The notes under the pieces: model-generated
What the model saw: only the letters and a program-made list of their open reading frames with translations
Database searches by the model: none
What the model was told of the DNA's origin: nothing
Source: Lama glama
Taxonomy: Eukaryota
NCBI GenBank assembly: GCA_028534125.1
Contig: CM052817.1
Coordinates: 60,142,001 to 60,206,000 of the forward strand
Direction of reading: 5' to 3'
Length of the DNA stretch: 64,000 nucleotides
Made by a program: the position numbers and the translations under genes
Shown: positions 13,808-26,975 of the stretch, piece after piece
How positions within the stretch are numbered: the first letter of the stretch is position 1
Layout of the letters: each line of letters begins with the position of its first letter

Positions 13808-14215
13808 ATTGAATCAGTTAAAACTAGATTTGAATGCATATAACTGCCATCCCTCCCACACATACAAAGTACTAACAAGGGCTTAAATAACATATGAGAC
13901 TATAAGTGGGCTGATCTGAAGTGGTGTGATGGTTCAGTGGTGTCAGGGGTCAAGGCTCTTTTTTCTTTTCTTATCTCATCTCGTGGCTTCACCTCATGGT
14001 TTAAGATCTGCTGGAGCTCTAGGCATCACATCTTCATTCCAGCTAGTGAAAAGGATGGAGGCGGAAGGAGGGTCAGCTCACCCTTTAAAGCTGCACACAA
14101 CACTTACCTGGGAGTTGCACATAAGTATGCTTATGTCTTATGGCTCCATGGGAGAAAATTACTATTATGGTCATACCTAACTACAAGCAAAGGCTGAGGA
14201 TGTAGACTTTATATT
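13808..14215 (-). mobile_element. Old MaLR LTR (MLT1J/K-like)
   Basis: ggcttaaataa, ctgctggagctctaggcatcacatcttcattccag and ggtcatacctaactacaagcaaaggctgaggatgtag are typical of antisense old MLT1. Confidence 0.7.
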
Positions 14216-16326
14216 GAATAGTTATACACTAAAACATTACAGAGAAGCAGAGTAGAAAACTAGTAGTAGTTGCTACCATTTAAATAACAACAGAAAGATT
14301 ATATTATTCTGCTGCACTTCTCAGGTACCCAGAAAGACATTTGGCCCAATGGAAGACTTATTACTACTTCTTTATATTTAGGACAAACTGTATAATTGGC
14401 TCTTTTTTCCCTCCTCTGAATTCTATGCTACAAAAGTATGAATATTCTTATACCCCAATGAATACAGCTAATTTAATGATGAAATTTAGAGCATTTCAGT
14501 TTCCAGAGAGTTTTGTGTGTGTGTATGTGTTAAGATAAATACTTTCTCTCACATTAGAATCTAAGTAAACAAAATGATATAGAATTCAGAAATATAAAAA
14601 TTTTAAATAGGTTTTTAAAAAACTAATATCACATAGCAAATATTATAAAAAAGGTGAAAATATGCTTCTAGAGTATTTCCTAAATAAAGCACATGAGTTT
14701 TCAAAATTAACATCAATAGTAAAATAAATGGAAAAATAACTAAAACCAAAGATTGAAGTTTGTACTGCTTGGAGTATCTAAGTTTTACTGTTTTCTGTGC
14801 CATAAAGAAACTGAGTTTTTGGCTTAGCACTTGCTTGTAGTATCCATTTTGGAAAAGGGTGTATGCTACATCTGGCTTAAAAGATAAAAATTCAAATATA
14901 AATTACACTCATCAAACTAGTTTCATTCAATAACAATTTTGGCATGTCTTTTATTTCCAGTTTTAGGCTATTCTTTATAAAAAGCCATTTTCAAACTATA
15001 ACCATACAGAATTAACTCTAAGCTTTTTGTATGTCCCAAATCAGGCATTGTGAAACTACTTCTTATAGCTGCTTAGTGACAATGACAAATGAATGTCCTC
15101 TTCATTGTAGTGAAAGATGACTGACTTAATGAGCCGTGTCTTACTTGTCAATTAAGTTTCTTCTTCTGTATGTCTCTTTACAGATAAAGCAATTCCTTGA
15201 AACTGCAGTTGTAGGGAAGAGAAAGAAATATATGATCCCTCTCTCTGCCCTCAAGGAGAATAGCCCTGCACATCAGATTCTAAAAGCACTGATTGTTCAA
15301 AATTACTATTTTATTACTAAAATTACTTACATGAGTGTAAGTCAGATGAGTGCGTATCATGTACTAGTGTGTTCAGTCACTTCCCTTGATCATGGTTTCC
15401 TGTGTTCCTTTTGTTACTTTATGAAACACCATGTGACATGTTTTACTTAACTCCAGTCATTCAGAATCCATCATTAATATTCCACAAATGAAGAAAAATT
15501 AATGTTACAAATATCCAGACTTCAAGGAAGTGTAATGATCTTGGGAATATAGATCAAAGAAGGGTGGTCAGTTAGTGGAAATTGAAAAATAATTGTTCAT
15601 ATTGCTTTAGGATTCTTATTATAAAGGTTATTAACACACACTTCTTTTTCTTAATAACTGATTGATATCTTCACAAGCATATATGATTTTTATTCTGGAC
15701 AGAATTTCTTGGTTGGACATATTTATCATCATAGAGCTGAATGGAGTGAAAGAAGGTACATAAAATTAACAATTTTTAAAAATTTGAGTATAGAAATGTA
15801 AAATTATTATTTTTACTCATCATAAATTGATACTTTACATTTTTAAGATCATATATTGTCTCATGATGTTTCAAACTTATTCCATTCTAAATATATTTAG
15901 ATTACTAGGGAAAGCCTCAAGTAAAAATGATACTTTAAAACTATTACTCTAAAAACTTAGAGGAGTCTCTCCCCAAACTACATTTTACTTCATTGATCTT
16001 TAGGTGGTAATCTGTATCTCTATTTCTGTGTTGCAGATTTTTTTTTTATGGCGTTAGAACCTCACAGAGTTCTAGGCTTAGAACTAAGTAAGGACTAGAT
16101 GAATGAATGTGTATGTGTGTGTGTGTATATATATATATATATTACAAACAATATGTATTTTTACTGTGGACTTATGAATTTACGAGCATACCAAACATTT
16201 TAAGTCTAATAAATACATTTTTCTTACTGTTGACTTCTATCTATTTCAAGAAAAAAATCCTAGAGTATTAAAATATGACCCTACCCAATTTTAATTGAGC
16301 AGGGTTTGTCATTGCTACCCACAACT

Positions 16327-16933
16327 GCATTGGTTTTCCATTGCTGTTAACAAATTATCACACATTCAGCAGCTTAAAACAACACCCATATATTAGCTTG
16401 ATGTTCTGTAGGTCGGATCTTAGAGAGTAACTGGGCTCTCGGCTCAGCATATTACAAGGCCAAAATCAAAATGCCAATCAGGCAAAGTTCTTATCTGTAG
16501 GCTCTGGGGGAGATATTCACTTCCAGGCTCATTTTTCTTGTTGTCAGAGTTCAGTTCCTTGTGATTATAGAACTGAGGACTCTGCTTGCTGACTAGCTGT
16601 CTCTTGGAAGCCACTCATCTAGAGGCCATTCACCATCTTTGATTTGTGGCCCCTTTCACTTTTAGGCAAGCAATAGGGTATCAATTTCTCTCATTCATCC
16701 AATCTCAGACTTCTTTTGCAACCAGCAGGAAAAAAACTTTCTGCTTTTTAAAGGGTCACATCATGACATCAGGCCTACACAGGTAACCTCCCTATTTTAA
16801 AGCCAGCTCTCCCATTTGCTTAGCCTAAGCACAGGAGTAAAATCTATTAAGTACACAGTCCTGGAGATTATGGAGGGCAAGTAGATAGGGGAGGGAAATT
16901 TGAGGGGCCATTTTAGGATTCTGTCTACCCGAA
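16327..16933 (-). mobile_element. MaLR solo LTR (MLT1E-like)
   Basis: Starts tgcattggttttccattgctgttaacaaattatcacac, contains ggctctgggggagatattcacttccaggctcatt and gttcagttccttgtg, and ends ggggccattttaggattctgtctacc. Confidence 0.85.
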
Positions 16934-17089
16934 CAACCTTCTTTTTTTTTACATTTATTTCTCATATGGTGCTCATTGGCCACTAGACTAGGTTAGTCAT
17001 AATTGCCATAGTACCAAATATAGCCTTGATCTTAATAATCACTACCTTTATTGTCATTGCTTTATTTAAATTTTCTGTCTTCCGTTTTA

Positions 17090-17575
17090 AATTGTTAAGC
17101 ATGATAATGCAAAGGCCTGATCTGGCTTCATCATAACTGCATGTTAACAATATTCTTGGTACCTAATCCTTTCCTGACTACACAAAATAGATGCTCAATA
17201 AATATGAGTTGAAGGAGGAAATGAAAGCAACACGAGAGAAATGCTGTTATATGAATGTCTTCCAATAAGCCTACTCTAATCCTTCTTCTCATACTACAAG
17301 TGTCAGGTCAGATGTTACTTTTAAAGTTCATTGTAGCATTGCAGATGGGCTCCCCAGTTACTTCCACTGTCATTAATCTCTTTATTTACTTCCTATCTCA
17401 TCATTTCTGTAATGTTTTTCTTTACTTATCTGTTTACCTGTTTACTGTCTGATTCCTACTAGAACAAGACTTCATAAGATGAATACTTCATGCTTCATTC
17501 ATCATTATGTGTCCAGAGTCTAAACTAATACCTGGTTCATAATGGGTGCTCAGCAAATACTGAGAGTGAATGGAT
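17090..17575 (+). mobile_element. Two L2 3'-end fragments
   Basis: tagatgctcaataaatatgagttgaaggagg (about 17190-17220) and cctggttcataatgggtgctcagcaaatac (about 17530-17560) are both L2 tail motifs. Confidence 0.65.
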
Positions 17576-19721
17576 TATGGCCTGGCAGAACAGTCCCACA
17601 GAGTTTGGATGTTATTTTTTGTGGCACAAATAACCTGAACATTTAAAGCTCTCAAAATGCATTACAGAAGTTTTCCAACATTTTTTGACTATTATTTCAA
17701 TGTTAGCCACTACAGTCTGTAGTCTTTAATTACACAGTACATTATCTTTTGCTACCCCTCAGATCAAGAATGTTTTATGCAAATTAACTTACAAATTCAA
17801 GACGACTATAGGTGAAATTAATTAGAAATTTAAAAAAATTGTTCCAATGTTCAAAAAGAGGGGGGAGGTAATAGTTACACCAAGAATTTCATATAATGAA
17901 AATGCTAATGTTTAATGTAAATTTACTTCATCTGGACATACTTCAATGTAGATTGCATTCATTTAGACATAATCATTTTTCACAAAGTACATTGGTCCTT
18001 TAGTTTGGTCTTTGATAGTTGTTTGTATTTTGAATTTTAAATTTAGATTAGTCAGCATCTTTCTATGTTTCTCTTTATGTTGTGCTGGAAATCCAGAGTA
18101 AAAACAGTATGACCCGTATCACTATTTGTAAAGCGTTTTGAGCTTCTCAGAGCTTCCTGTGCCATCACCAATTATAACTCCAAGCATGTTCTCCTGTTCC
18201 CATTGTGAAATGGAAAGTGTCAGTTTCTGGTACTTTGCAGCTTGATAAACTGTCTACTAGAAAATATCTTAATCAGCATAAATTTAGGTTGCTCTGGGTT
18301 CATTTTTTATAAGATAAATGTCCTGATGTAATTTTAGGTATCCTAAAATGTAATTATTTAGATAGGAACTGCAAGGAAATAAATCCTTGATTCATTTTCT
18401 TTTAAATCCTGAAAGCTCAGTGCCCTAAATACTGCTTTGGTAGAAAAATCATTGACAGCTGCAGACTACCGCCACTTGAGACAGATTGATAAATGCAGAA
18501 CAACTTTAAAAAATCTCCATTCATTATTTACTAGTAATTATCTTCTACTGGCTCTTCTGTCAACACTTACCCATTAGTTTATCAAATTAACTGATTAATG
18601 CCAAATACCATTATAAGGCTTTTGCTTAAAAGTAAATTTTAGATACTGTCATGGAAATATATGTTATGCAAAATCTTGGAATTTTCCTATCTTAAGAAAA
18701 ATGGCTGTATTTCCATTTATCTTTTGATTTAGGCCTTTGTTTTCTGCCAACGCATACACTTCTGCATCTTTCCTCCACCCTCATAATTTGCTCATGGTGA
18801 GATAATTTTCTTTTAAACTCTCCTCTTTCAAGGATATCTTGTACTGTCCTCTTTGTACCTCCTCTCTACACTCTATTTCCTTCTATTATAGTCCCTGTGA
18901 AGTTTTGGAATAATCACTTCCTCACATGCCTGTCTAATTCATTCTCTCCCTTTCCTCTGGTTTATAAATTCCGGCACTTAGAATGAAGACAGTAGCCCTC
19001 AATAAGTAATAAAGGAAAATTGGCCAACCAAGATTAAATCATAACAGTCATCTCTCTTATTAGGCAGATAATTTTTAGCCCTTATTCTGAATTCCATATT
19101 AGCTTTTAACCAATAGAATAAGTACTTTTTTGAGAGGCTCTCTTTATGAGAATATGTAATAGATGTCTGCACTTTCATCATTGTAACTGTGCTAGGAAAA
19201 AGATGTCTTCATTTTATGACTCTGACATATGTTGGGAAGTACAGGTGGAAATCCAATATTGATGGACTTTAGAGTGGATGTTTGCTGTTTTTGGTCCCCA
19301 GGGACGGAAGACTTTTGAAGTCAACAATGTATCTTTGGTATCCTGAGATCACTGCACTGTGGATGTTATATAACAAAGATTTGTGACCTCAGTTATAGTA
19401 AAAATGATTCATCTTCTATTAATGTCATAACCTTAGCAAAATCTTAGTCTTTCAGTTCAAATGATCAAAGAACATACATAATATGGTTAGCACTGAGGCT
19501 AGTAAATACTTGTTTCTAAATGGAAACTGTTGAGGTGAGCCTCAAGATGTTTCTAATGAGACAAATAATGTTGACCAGTTACCTAATATTTCTATCCACG
19601 AATTATCTAAATTCTAAGCTAAGGTATCTGATCACTAGTGTTTTATAATAGCAAGCATAGCTGCCATTCAACATAAATCTTGGTTGACTCTGAACCCAGC
19701 AAAAGATCAATGTATTGAAGC

Positions 19722-20033
19722 TTTTTTTAAAAAAAGTCTGGTGAAAGATATTTGGGTTGTTGACCAAAACTTCTTGGTAACTTCCCATGGGAAAAGAAGT
19801 GCTTTTGGAGGACAGTTTGAAAAGCTTGGCATATGCTGACACTTTGTTACAGTCTTTTCAATAGCAGAATCATTTCCAGGCCACCAGACACAGTGAATAA
19901 TTCCTGAATGTGCTACATGTGGTGTGGCCAAGATGACAGTACTGCCATCTGGAATAATAACAAAATTTCCTCAAAACAGACATCCTTTATGGACAGATAA
20001 CTCATGCAGATCATGTGTCAAGGGCTTCATTTC
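19722..20033 (-). pseudogene. Degraded Gypsy/Ty3 LTR-retrotransposon pol fragment (integrase zinc-binding H2C2 region, K02A2.6/Mag-like)
   Basis: Hand translation: EMKPLTHDLHELSVHKGCLF*GNFVIIPDGSTVILATPHVAHSGIIHCVWWPGNDSAIEKTVTKCQHMPSFSNCPPKALLFPWEVTKKFWSTTQISFTRLFLKK. It matches, in order, the Gypsy motifs ELSVxxGCLLWGxRVVIP, LHxxHPG, VWWPGxDxxIExxVxxCxxC, PPxAPLxPW and WSRxHIDFAGPFxGK. The TGA at 19971-19973 sits at the consensus Trp position. Confidence 0.85.
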
Positions 20034-21704
20034 TTCAGACATTTCCCCACTGGACTTTGCAGTTACAAGCAGAAGCACATTTACTGCAACAGAATATTAC
20101 AGATAAGAACTAGATAAACCACACCCTATTGCCTGTTTGTATTTATACATTATTAGGAAGGGTACAGCATCCACTGGTTTTTAGAAAGAGGTATTCAGTT
20201 TTTTCATCAAATATGAAAAGGTCACATTATCTTTTGGCATGGAAAAAGAGGAAGTTCGCTGGTGACTGGGACATCACAGACTACAGAGGAGACAATGGTA
20301 ATAACCTGGAGCAACAACCACTAAGAGATCTTATCTCACTGTATAACCAAACATTAATGCAGCAGTTCATCACAAATCCTAATTTAATTGTACTTTCAAT
20401 AGCATTATTTTATTGTCTCTTGTAACTAGTTTACCTCTCTTCCTGGAACCCTCAAGTTTATTTTATATTCCCCTATTGATTTTTCTTTCATGCTCTCTTT
20501 ATTAATGAATTCATTATTTGGTGATTTTCAAGCATTTTGCTAAATTGAGCAACTTTCTGTATGTTCAATTAATATAGAAGCTAAAGGATCCAAATATATA
20601 CATCTGATTGATTAAATCAGGGGTGAGATTCATGGTTCTCTGACAGGTTGGATTGTTTCTTATCATTCCTGAAATTATTTCCACAGCACCCTTAATGCTC
20701 CAGCTAGCCATTTTCAAGAACTTCTGACTTCTGCCTTTGCTGTGATGATATTTATTAAGTCATTTCTTTCTCTACTGTGAAAGAAACCCTGCCATAAAAT
20801 TTAATTCCTCAGATGACGTTCAGAGACAGTGTCTAACATAGGGTTGTTTGAAATAAGCTATTGAACAACACAAAGTTTGTTTCCTATTTATAATCAACTA
20901 AAATGAAACAAAAATTGGATGAAAGAAAACGTACAGAAGGCTACATGAAGGAAAACTGTGAAACTTAATATTCTTCAGGTTGTCACCAATTATCTTTGGC
21001 TGTAACTTGCTCAATCCATAAATATATGTGTGAAATCTTGCCTTTAGACATACATGTCTGATCCTTACTATCATAGTCCCTTTTATAGAATGGTCTGTGA
21101 TACTGTGTCTAGATAAAATATGTTGTGACTCTGTTAGTACAGTTTCACCAAAAATAGGATACTCTGTTTTTCTGGATGTTGGAAACTTAACCTTGAGAAC
21201 ATTTATGTAGTTCACTCATTATGGTGCATAATCAGCCTACTATTCCCTTTCCCAGTGGCACAGATAACACTGATAATGAGGAATTAGATCTAAACAAAAT
21301 TATGAAAAGTTCTAAACAGCATTCCACTTACATAGAAAACATATTAGCATAAAAATTATATAAATATGAAAGGAATAAGAAATTTTTTACTTATTAACAA
21401 TTTACAGTATACTAGCTGATCATTATTTCAATAACTGGTTACTTTATACAATATGAACTTATATATATGATTATATGTTATAAATAGTTTTATGAAGTAA
21501 TAGTAATTTATTATATTTGCTTTGATAATATGCAACAAATATGTGTTTAATACTTTCGCTGCCAAGTTTTGAATTACTACATATTGATAGAAAGCACATA
21601 ACAAACTGTCACTGTATTGAACAAATTCTAAGGGAGTTATGTATATGTCTGCTTTAATATACTTGAGAATTAGCATTTCATTTATTGAATTTAGTGTAAA
21701 ATAC

Positions 21705-22202
21705 AAACTCATTACCATAAGTCCTGTGTGATCTGGCTTCTTCCCAGACTGATTTCACCCTATCATTTTCTCATTTATTTTTCAGGCTTTAGCCATCATG
21801 GCTATCTTTACATTTCTCGGACAAGAAATGTCTCCAGGAACATTTACGGAACACATGATAACAGCTTGCTTTTTCCTTCCGCTTAGATAAAAACCTTCCA
21901 CTCCAGATCTCCATATAGTAGGTCTCAAATTAAATTTCACCTTTGCCATTCAGTCTTCACTGAAAATCCAATAATGTCTCCCAGAATTCCTTTGTATCCC
22001 ACTCTTAATGTTTTTTATTATTTTTGAAATTATTAGCTATTAATATATCTTCTTGTTCATTGTCTTTCTCCCTCCCACCAGCATGTAATTTGCACAAAGG
22101 CAAGGACCTTATCTGTTTTATTTAATACTCTACTTATTCTTCTGCCAAGAATAGTATTTGGTAATGAGAAGATATTCAATATATTTCTTTTGAATAAATG
22201 AA
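21705..22202 (+). mobile_element. L2a 3' region
   Basis: Runs from gtcctgtgtgatctggc through tgtaatttgcacaaaggcaaggaccttatctgttttattt to attcaatatatttcttttgaataaatgaa. Confidence 0.75.
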
Positions 22203-23984
22203 GTGAGTAGCTTAATGAATAAGCACATGTTTGAGCCATAATCCATATGCCTTTTAAAGTGTGATTATCAAAAATGACAGGCCAGAAATACTCTGTGAGA
22301 CTAACAGTATGATCTGCAAAATAAAAGAAAAGAAACATCATTATCATACACTACTGTTAATTTATTACTTACAATTTAAAAAAGAAAAAAATAAATATTA
22401 TAAGTTTCAAACAGCACTAATAGTAAATTAAGAAACCTTGATGGTAAATTAAGTTGTTATTCATCCACAGAATCAAAGACAAGATAATGCTTGAAGGACC
22501 CTCTTGGTCTAGGAAACTTTGAGGAATATTGCACTTGTGTTGGGGGAGGTTGGGATGGGGTAGTGATATTTCGTGAGGAAGTGTTGTCAGAGCTTTAGTG
22601 GGGTTTTATAGTCCATCATCACTTACATTGCTGATACAGACCTGGATGACCTTACCTGTTGCCTGTCTGACATACTCTTACCCACCAGGCTGTTGCTTCT
22701 ACTTTATCATCCCCACATCGCTTCCTACAACTTTTAGCTATTTAAATGTTGCATTTAGTGTATCGGTTTACATTCCCCCACCCACTAATTTAGTGTATCT
22801 GCCTCTCCTTCTCTATTAAGATCTATTTAAAGGTAAGAACTTATTTTTATGTTTTTATTGCCTTGTTCCATGCCTAGGAAATAAGTTCCGAGTGGGTGTC
22901 AGTAAACTAGGTACTTAGTTTTTTATAAAAACAATTTTAAGAACCAAATGGTGTTAGGAATCTTTTGTTTTCCTTTCTTTGACACCAGATTTACGTACTG
23001 TTTTGCATGTCTCCATACTATGTCAACATGTAGAGATTCTGTTTTTAAAAAAACTGCAAATAATGGCTCAATCAATTAACCATATACACCATGTTATTGT
23101 GTGTTCCCTAAGTGTTCCTGGAGATATTTATTGATGTCTTTGAGAGGTAATACACATGGCTTCTTTTAAGATTACATTTTAAAAAATTAAAAAATATTAT
23201 ATTACTCTACTTAAATAGCAAAAGCATCATGGATAGTTAAATTTTTTATTAATAAGTGATTGAATTTTGGACTCATGGTTTAGCCCATTGTGTCTTATAA
23301 TTTCAGAGAAATAACTGTACAGAGTGATAATAGAACAATTTATCAGTGCAAAGTCATTGATGAAAAATGCTATTGATTCTCCTTATTTGCAATTAATGAA
23401 ATGCTTTGTTCACTAGAGTCAGTGAAGAAAGCTGGAGTGAAATACGTCAAAAGTCAACAAGAGGAGTCAGCTCAGCTGCTACGTTCAAAGACAATATTAT
23501 AAGATAAGCAAAGAAGACAGCATAGCCCCATACATTAAAACTAAGAGTGCTGATGCTAATTTAGCACTAGTACTCCTATCAATGAAAGATGGGAATCATG
23601 AACATATATTTGAGCAAGTGATTCTGGAACTCCTGAAGTGGAAAGGAGTTTAACTGAATTATTTTTTGAATTCCAAAACTTTAGAGAAGATAGTAATTAA
23701 TATGTTGGTAACAGGCTATCAATAAAATGGGTTCTTAATGCTTTATGATTCAATAGAACTTTCAAAAACCCCATGGTCTAGAATCTGGGGTTTCTATTCT
23801 ACTGGATTTGTTATTATCTGAATTATTGGAAGCTCCATCTGTACAGAACTACCTAGATGTCTTGCTAGATATCTGCAGGAGGTACTCAAAAATGTTTAGA
23901 ATAGAGTATCATATACAATAGACAAACCATAAAATGTTAATCATAGAATGATTTAACAGATAAGGAAATTACAACTCAAAGGGT

Positions 23985-24105
23985 AGTGGTTCTAAAAATT
24001 TAGTGTTTATCAGATTCCTGGGCCCCTTCTCACAACTGGTTGAGAAGGCTGAAGTTTGGACCAGAAGAATTTGATGTAGGTGGTAGGTAGATAATACTGA
24101 GAGGT
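23985..24105. mobile_element. MER5-like hAT fragment
   Basis: agtggttctaaaaatttagtgtttatcagattcctgggcccc resembles MER5 ends. Confidence 0.5.
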
Positions 24106-25227
24106 ATATTTTTAACGCACAGTATGCAAGTCAGCTACTTCCTAGTTTAATGTATTTCTCTTGCTCCATAAATTTTGAATATGACATTTACAACCTGTTA
24201 GCTCCAATACTTCTTTCAATAGAGCTATTATAAAACAGTGTTACTTTTGAACCATGAGGCTTAAGTATGCAGAACTTTCATAGAGCAAAGTTATTTGGAA
24301 AAAAAATACCCTTACACAACAATGCCACAACAAACCTAGAGCATATTAAGTTACAAAGCAGTTGACTCCCTGCCAACTGCAGCTTTTAGAGAATTTGGTT
24401 ATCTTGCTTCTGCAACTATAAATTTATTTACTTAAATACTTAGTCTCTAAAGATTTCCTTCCTCTGCCAATTTAAAATTCAAGTAACATAGATGAGTGGA
24501 AGATTGAAATAGAAACAACTAGGCTATTCTTTCTCTTTTAAAACATCAAAGGCAATCAGTTTGTTGATGTAATTTGTGATTAATTTCTAAAACGTGTCAT
24601 CCTTACAGTAGTTTGCATTTTTTTTTGGATAAATTATGTTTGACATGTAGATGTAAGAGCAGAGGAAAGCTACATTTTACATTGTGTGTGTGTATGAGTG
24701 TGTGTGTGTGGTGTATCTTGGAATAGAGACTACATTTTACGATGTACTCTGGTGAAACATTATGCTAATTTTATGAGCTAACTTCTAAATAATATGTCAA
24801 AAAATAGATTGTCAGGTACATCTTAACATTTATCAAGAATAGTTGCTGGAATTTTTCTTCCTATATTGCTTAAAAGTTGTGTCAAAAATCTGTTTTTCAA
24901 ATGGGGAAATGTAAGCCACAAATTCCAAATAATTTTACTCTTTTCTATGTCCCTGTATGATAGGAATGAAGTTTTCTGAGGCCTCTGAAGAAAAGTAAAT
25001 AATTTAAAATTTAATATAACTATGAGAGCAATATGTGTAGGTTTTCCACTCTGTTTCTTCCTCTCTCTGTAGGGGAAGATTTTTCATCTGACAGATTAAA
25101 AACATTAGATTACATCCTGGTTATGGTAATTACAGCTTACTGGTGACATTGTCATTAGCAGAGCAATCCTAATGTCTAATTTATAGCAATGTGATAAATG
25201 ATTAATTCAAGATGTTTTTTTGAAAAT

Positions 25228-25458
25228 CTATTTATTTATTTATTAAAGTATAGTTGATTTACAGTGTTGTGTGAGCTTCAGGTGTACAGCAAAGTGATTC
25301 AGTTATACACATACACACACACTTATATATCTTTTTCATATTCCATTTTCCATTTCATATTCCATTCCATTACAAGATACTGAGTATAATTCTATGTGCT
25401 ATACAGTAGGTCCTTGTTGGCTATCTATTTTATATGTAGTAGTGTGTATATGTTAATA
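25228..25458 (-). mobile_element. 5'-truncated L1 3' end (artiodactyl-type)
   Basis: aagtatagttgatttacagtgttgtgtgagcttcaggtgtacagcaaagtgattcagttatac...gctatacagtaggtccttgttgg is the antisense L1 3' UTR. Confidence 0.9.
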
Positions 25459-25689
25459 TGATCATTGAGTGTAATCATGATGAAATAGAACCTTTTGGCT
25501 GCCGTTAAACATGAGGCTGTACCTAAAAAAATATTTAAGTGTTCTGATTTAAAAAACAAAACAAAACAAAACAGCAAATTGTGGTCAAGCAGATGCTAAG
25601 TAAACTGATTAAAGATTGCTGTTAGAAATGACCAAAGAAACTTGTAATAGTTTGAATGCTCATGTATGCCTTAAGTCTGAAAAGGGCAG

Positions 25690-26127
25690 AGATCTAGCCC
25701 ATCTTTGTGTCCTTAGTGTTCAAACCAAAGAGGCCTAAAATATTTATTTCTAAATGTATACATGGAGGAATGAATAAACAATGTGAGCTACCCTGACTTA
25801 CAAGGCTCAGTATTATCTCACCCTGACAATCTGTGGCTTTCTCTTGTGTCATACTCATCTCAACCACACTGCAGCCATACTGGTCAGCTTTCTTTTCCTT
25901 GGATATGCCAAGCTCCTTCCCATCTTTTATGTGTTCAGTTTTCTCTCCTGAGATACTCAAAACATAGTTGTTTCTCATCATTTAATCTCCCCTATTTACA
26001 AAGACATGCTAACTTCAACTATCATCTGAAATGTATGTGCATTATATAGATTACATGTTGTATATCTACTATTATATATATAGTATATATATATATAGGT
26101 TAGAGATTATATATTTACTATTATATA

Positions 26128-26158
<31 letters not shown>

Positions 26159-26260
26159 ATAAATGATACAGGAACTTTGTATCATACTCACTCTGTATGT
26201 AAAACAGGGCTTGGCTTATGTATGTATGTGCTTTATAAGAATGCAGTGAATAAATGAATG
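25690..26260 (+). mobile_element. L2 fragments interrupted by (TA)n/(TG)n low-complexity sequence
   Basis: cagccatactggtcagctttc...atgccaagctcc and a tail ending gaataaatgaatg. Confidence 0.55.
26132..26158 (+). repeat. (TG)n microsatellite
   Basis: Directly visible. Confidence 0.95.
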
Positions 26261-26829
26261 CTGTGAAAGTGTTTCATAAATTCTTGAGTGCTCCTGATAG
26301 CTTACTCTTACAGAGAAGAATTGAACATTGTGAGTTAGATATATATTTAGTTTAGTTCGTTATTTTTAATAAGGAATAAATATAGTTAACAGGAATGATT
26401 TTAAAAAGAATTAACAGAGGGCATTCCCTTTTTAAATAATATTTTATCTTGAATAGTAGGGGAATAAATGAAGTCTTTTAATGCTTGGAAATTGTTACAT
26501 ATATTAAATGTGATAAAAGGAAAAAAAATACCACCACCAAGGAGAGGGGAAGGTAATATGCAGTAGATTTTGCAACTTACTATAGGGTGCCTAAACATGT
26601 GTGACAGAAGTTGTATGTGTGTAACTGTGCTCTGTTTATCTGTTTAAATTGTGACAGAAAACAACATAATAGAACAAACTTACGATAAATCAGCCCCAAA
26701 TAATCCCTAGTGTCTTTTAAACAATTTAGAAATATTAAATAAAAAACCCTTTCAAACTTTTCCCCCTCTTGCAGTATTAGGTGAACTGACAATATTTAGA
26801 TAGAAAGAAATAGAAATAAAAGCATTTTG

Positions 26830-26975
26830 CCCTGGAGTGTTGATGTGTGTGGCTTCTCATCCTGCCTTAAACATTAACTTACTGCTTAACCTTCAGACCT
26901 CAGGGTATTTTTACATGTAAAATAAGAAGCTTGACCTCGATGACCTCTAATATGATAGTATTGTATGATTCTACT
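26830..26975 (+). mobile_element. MIR/MIR3-like fragment
   Basis: cttaaccttcagacctcagg...tgtaaaataagaagcttgacctcgatgacctctaa...attgtatgattcta. Confidence 0.5.

Noticed and set aside
20100..20340. Possible upstream extension of the Gypsy pol (an SRLLPL stretch resembling LSRLP)
   Set aside because: The similarity is too short and not collinear enough to support by eye.
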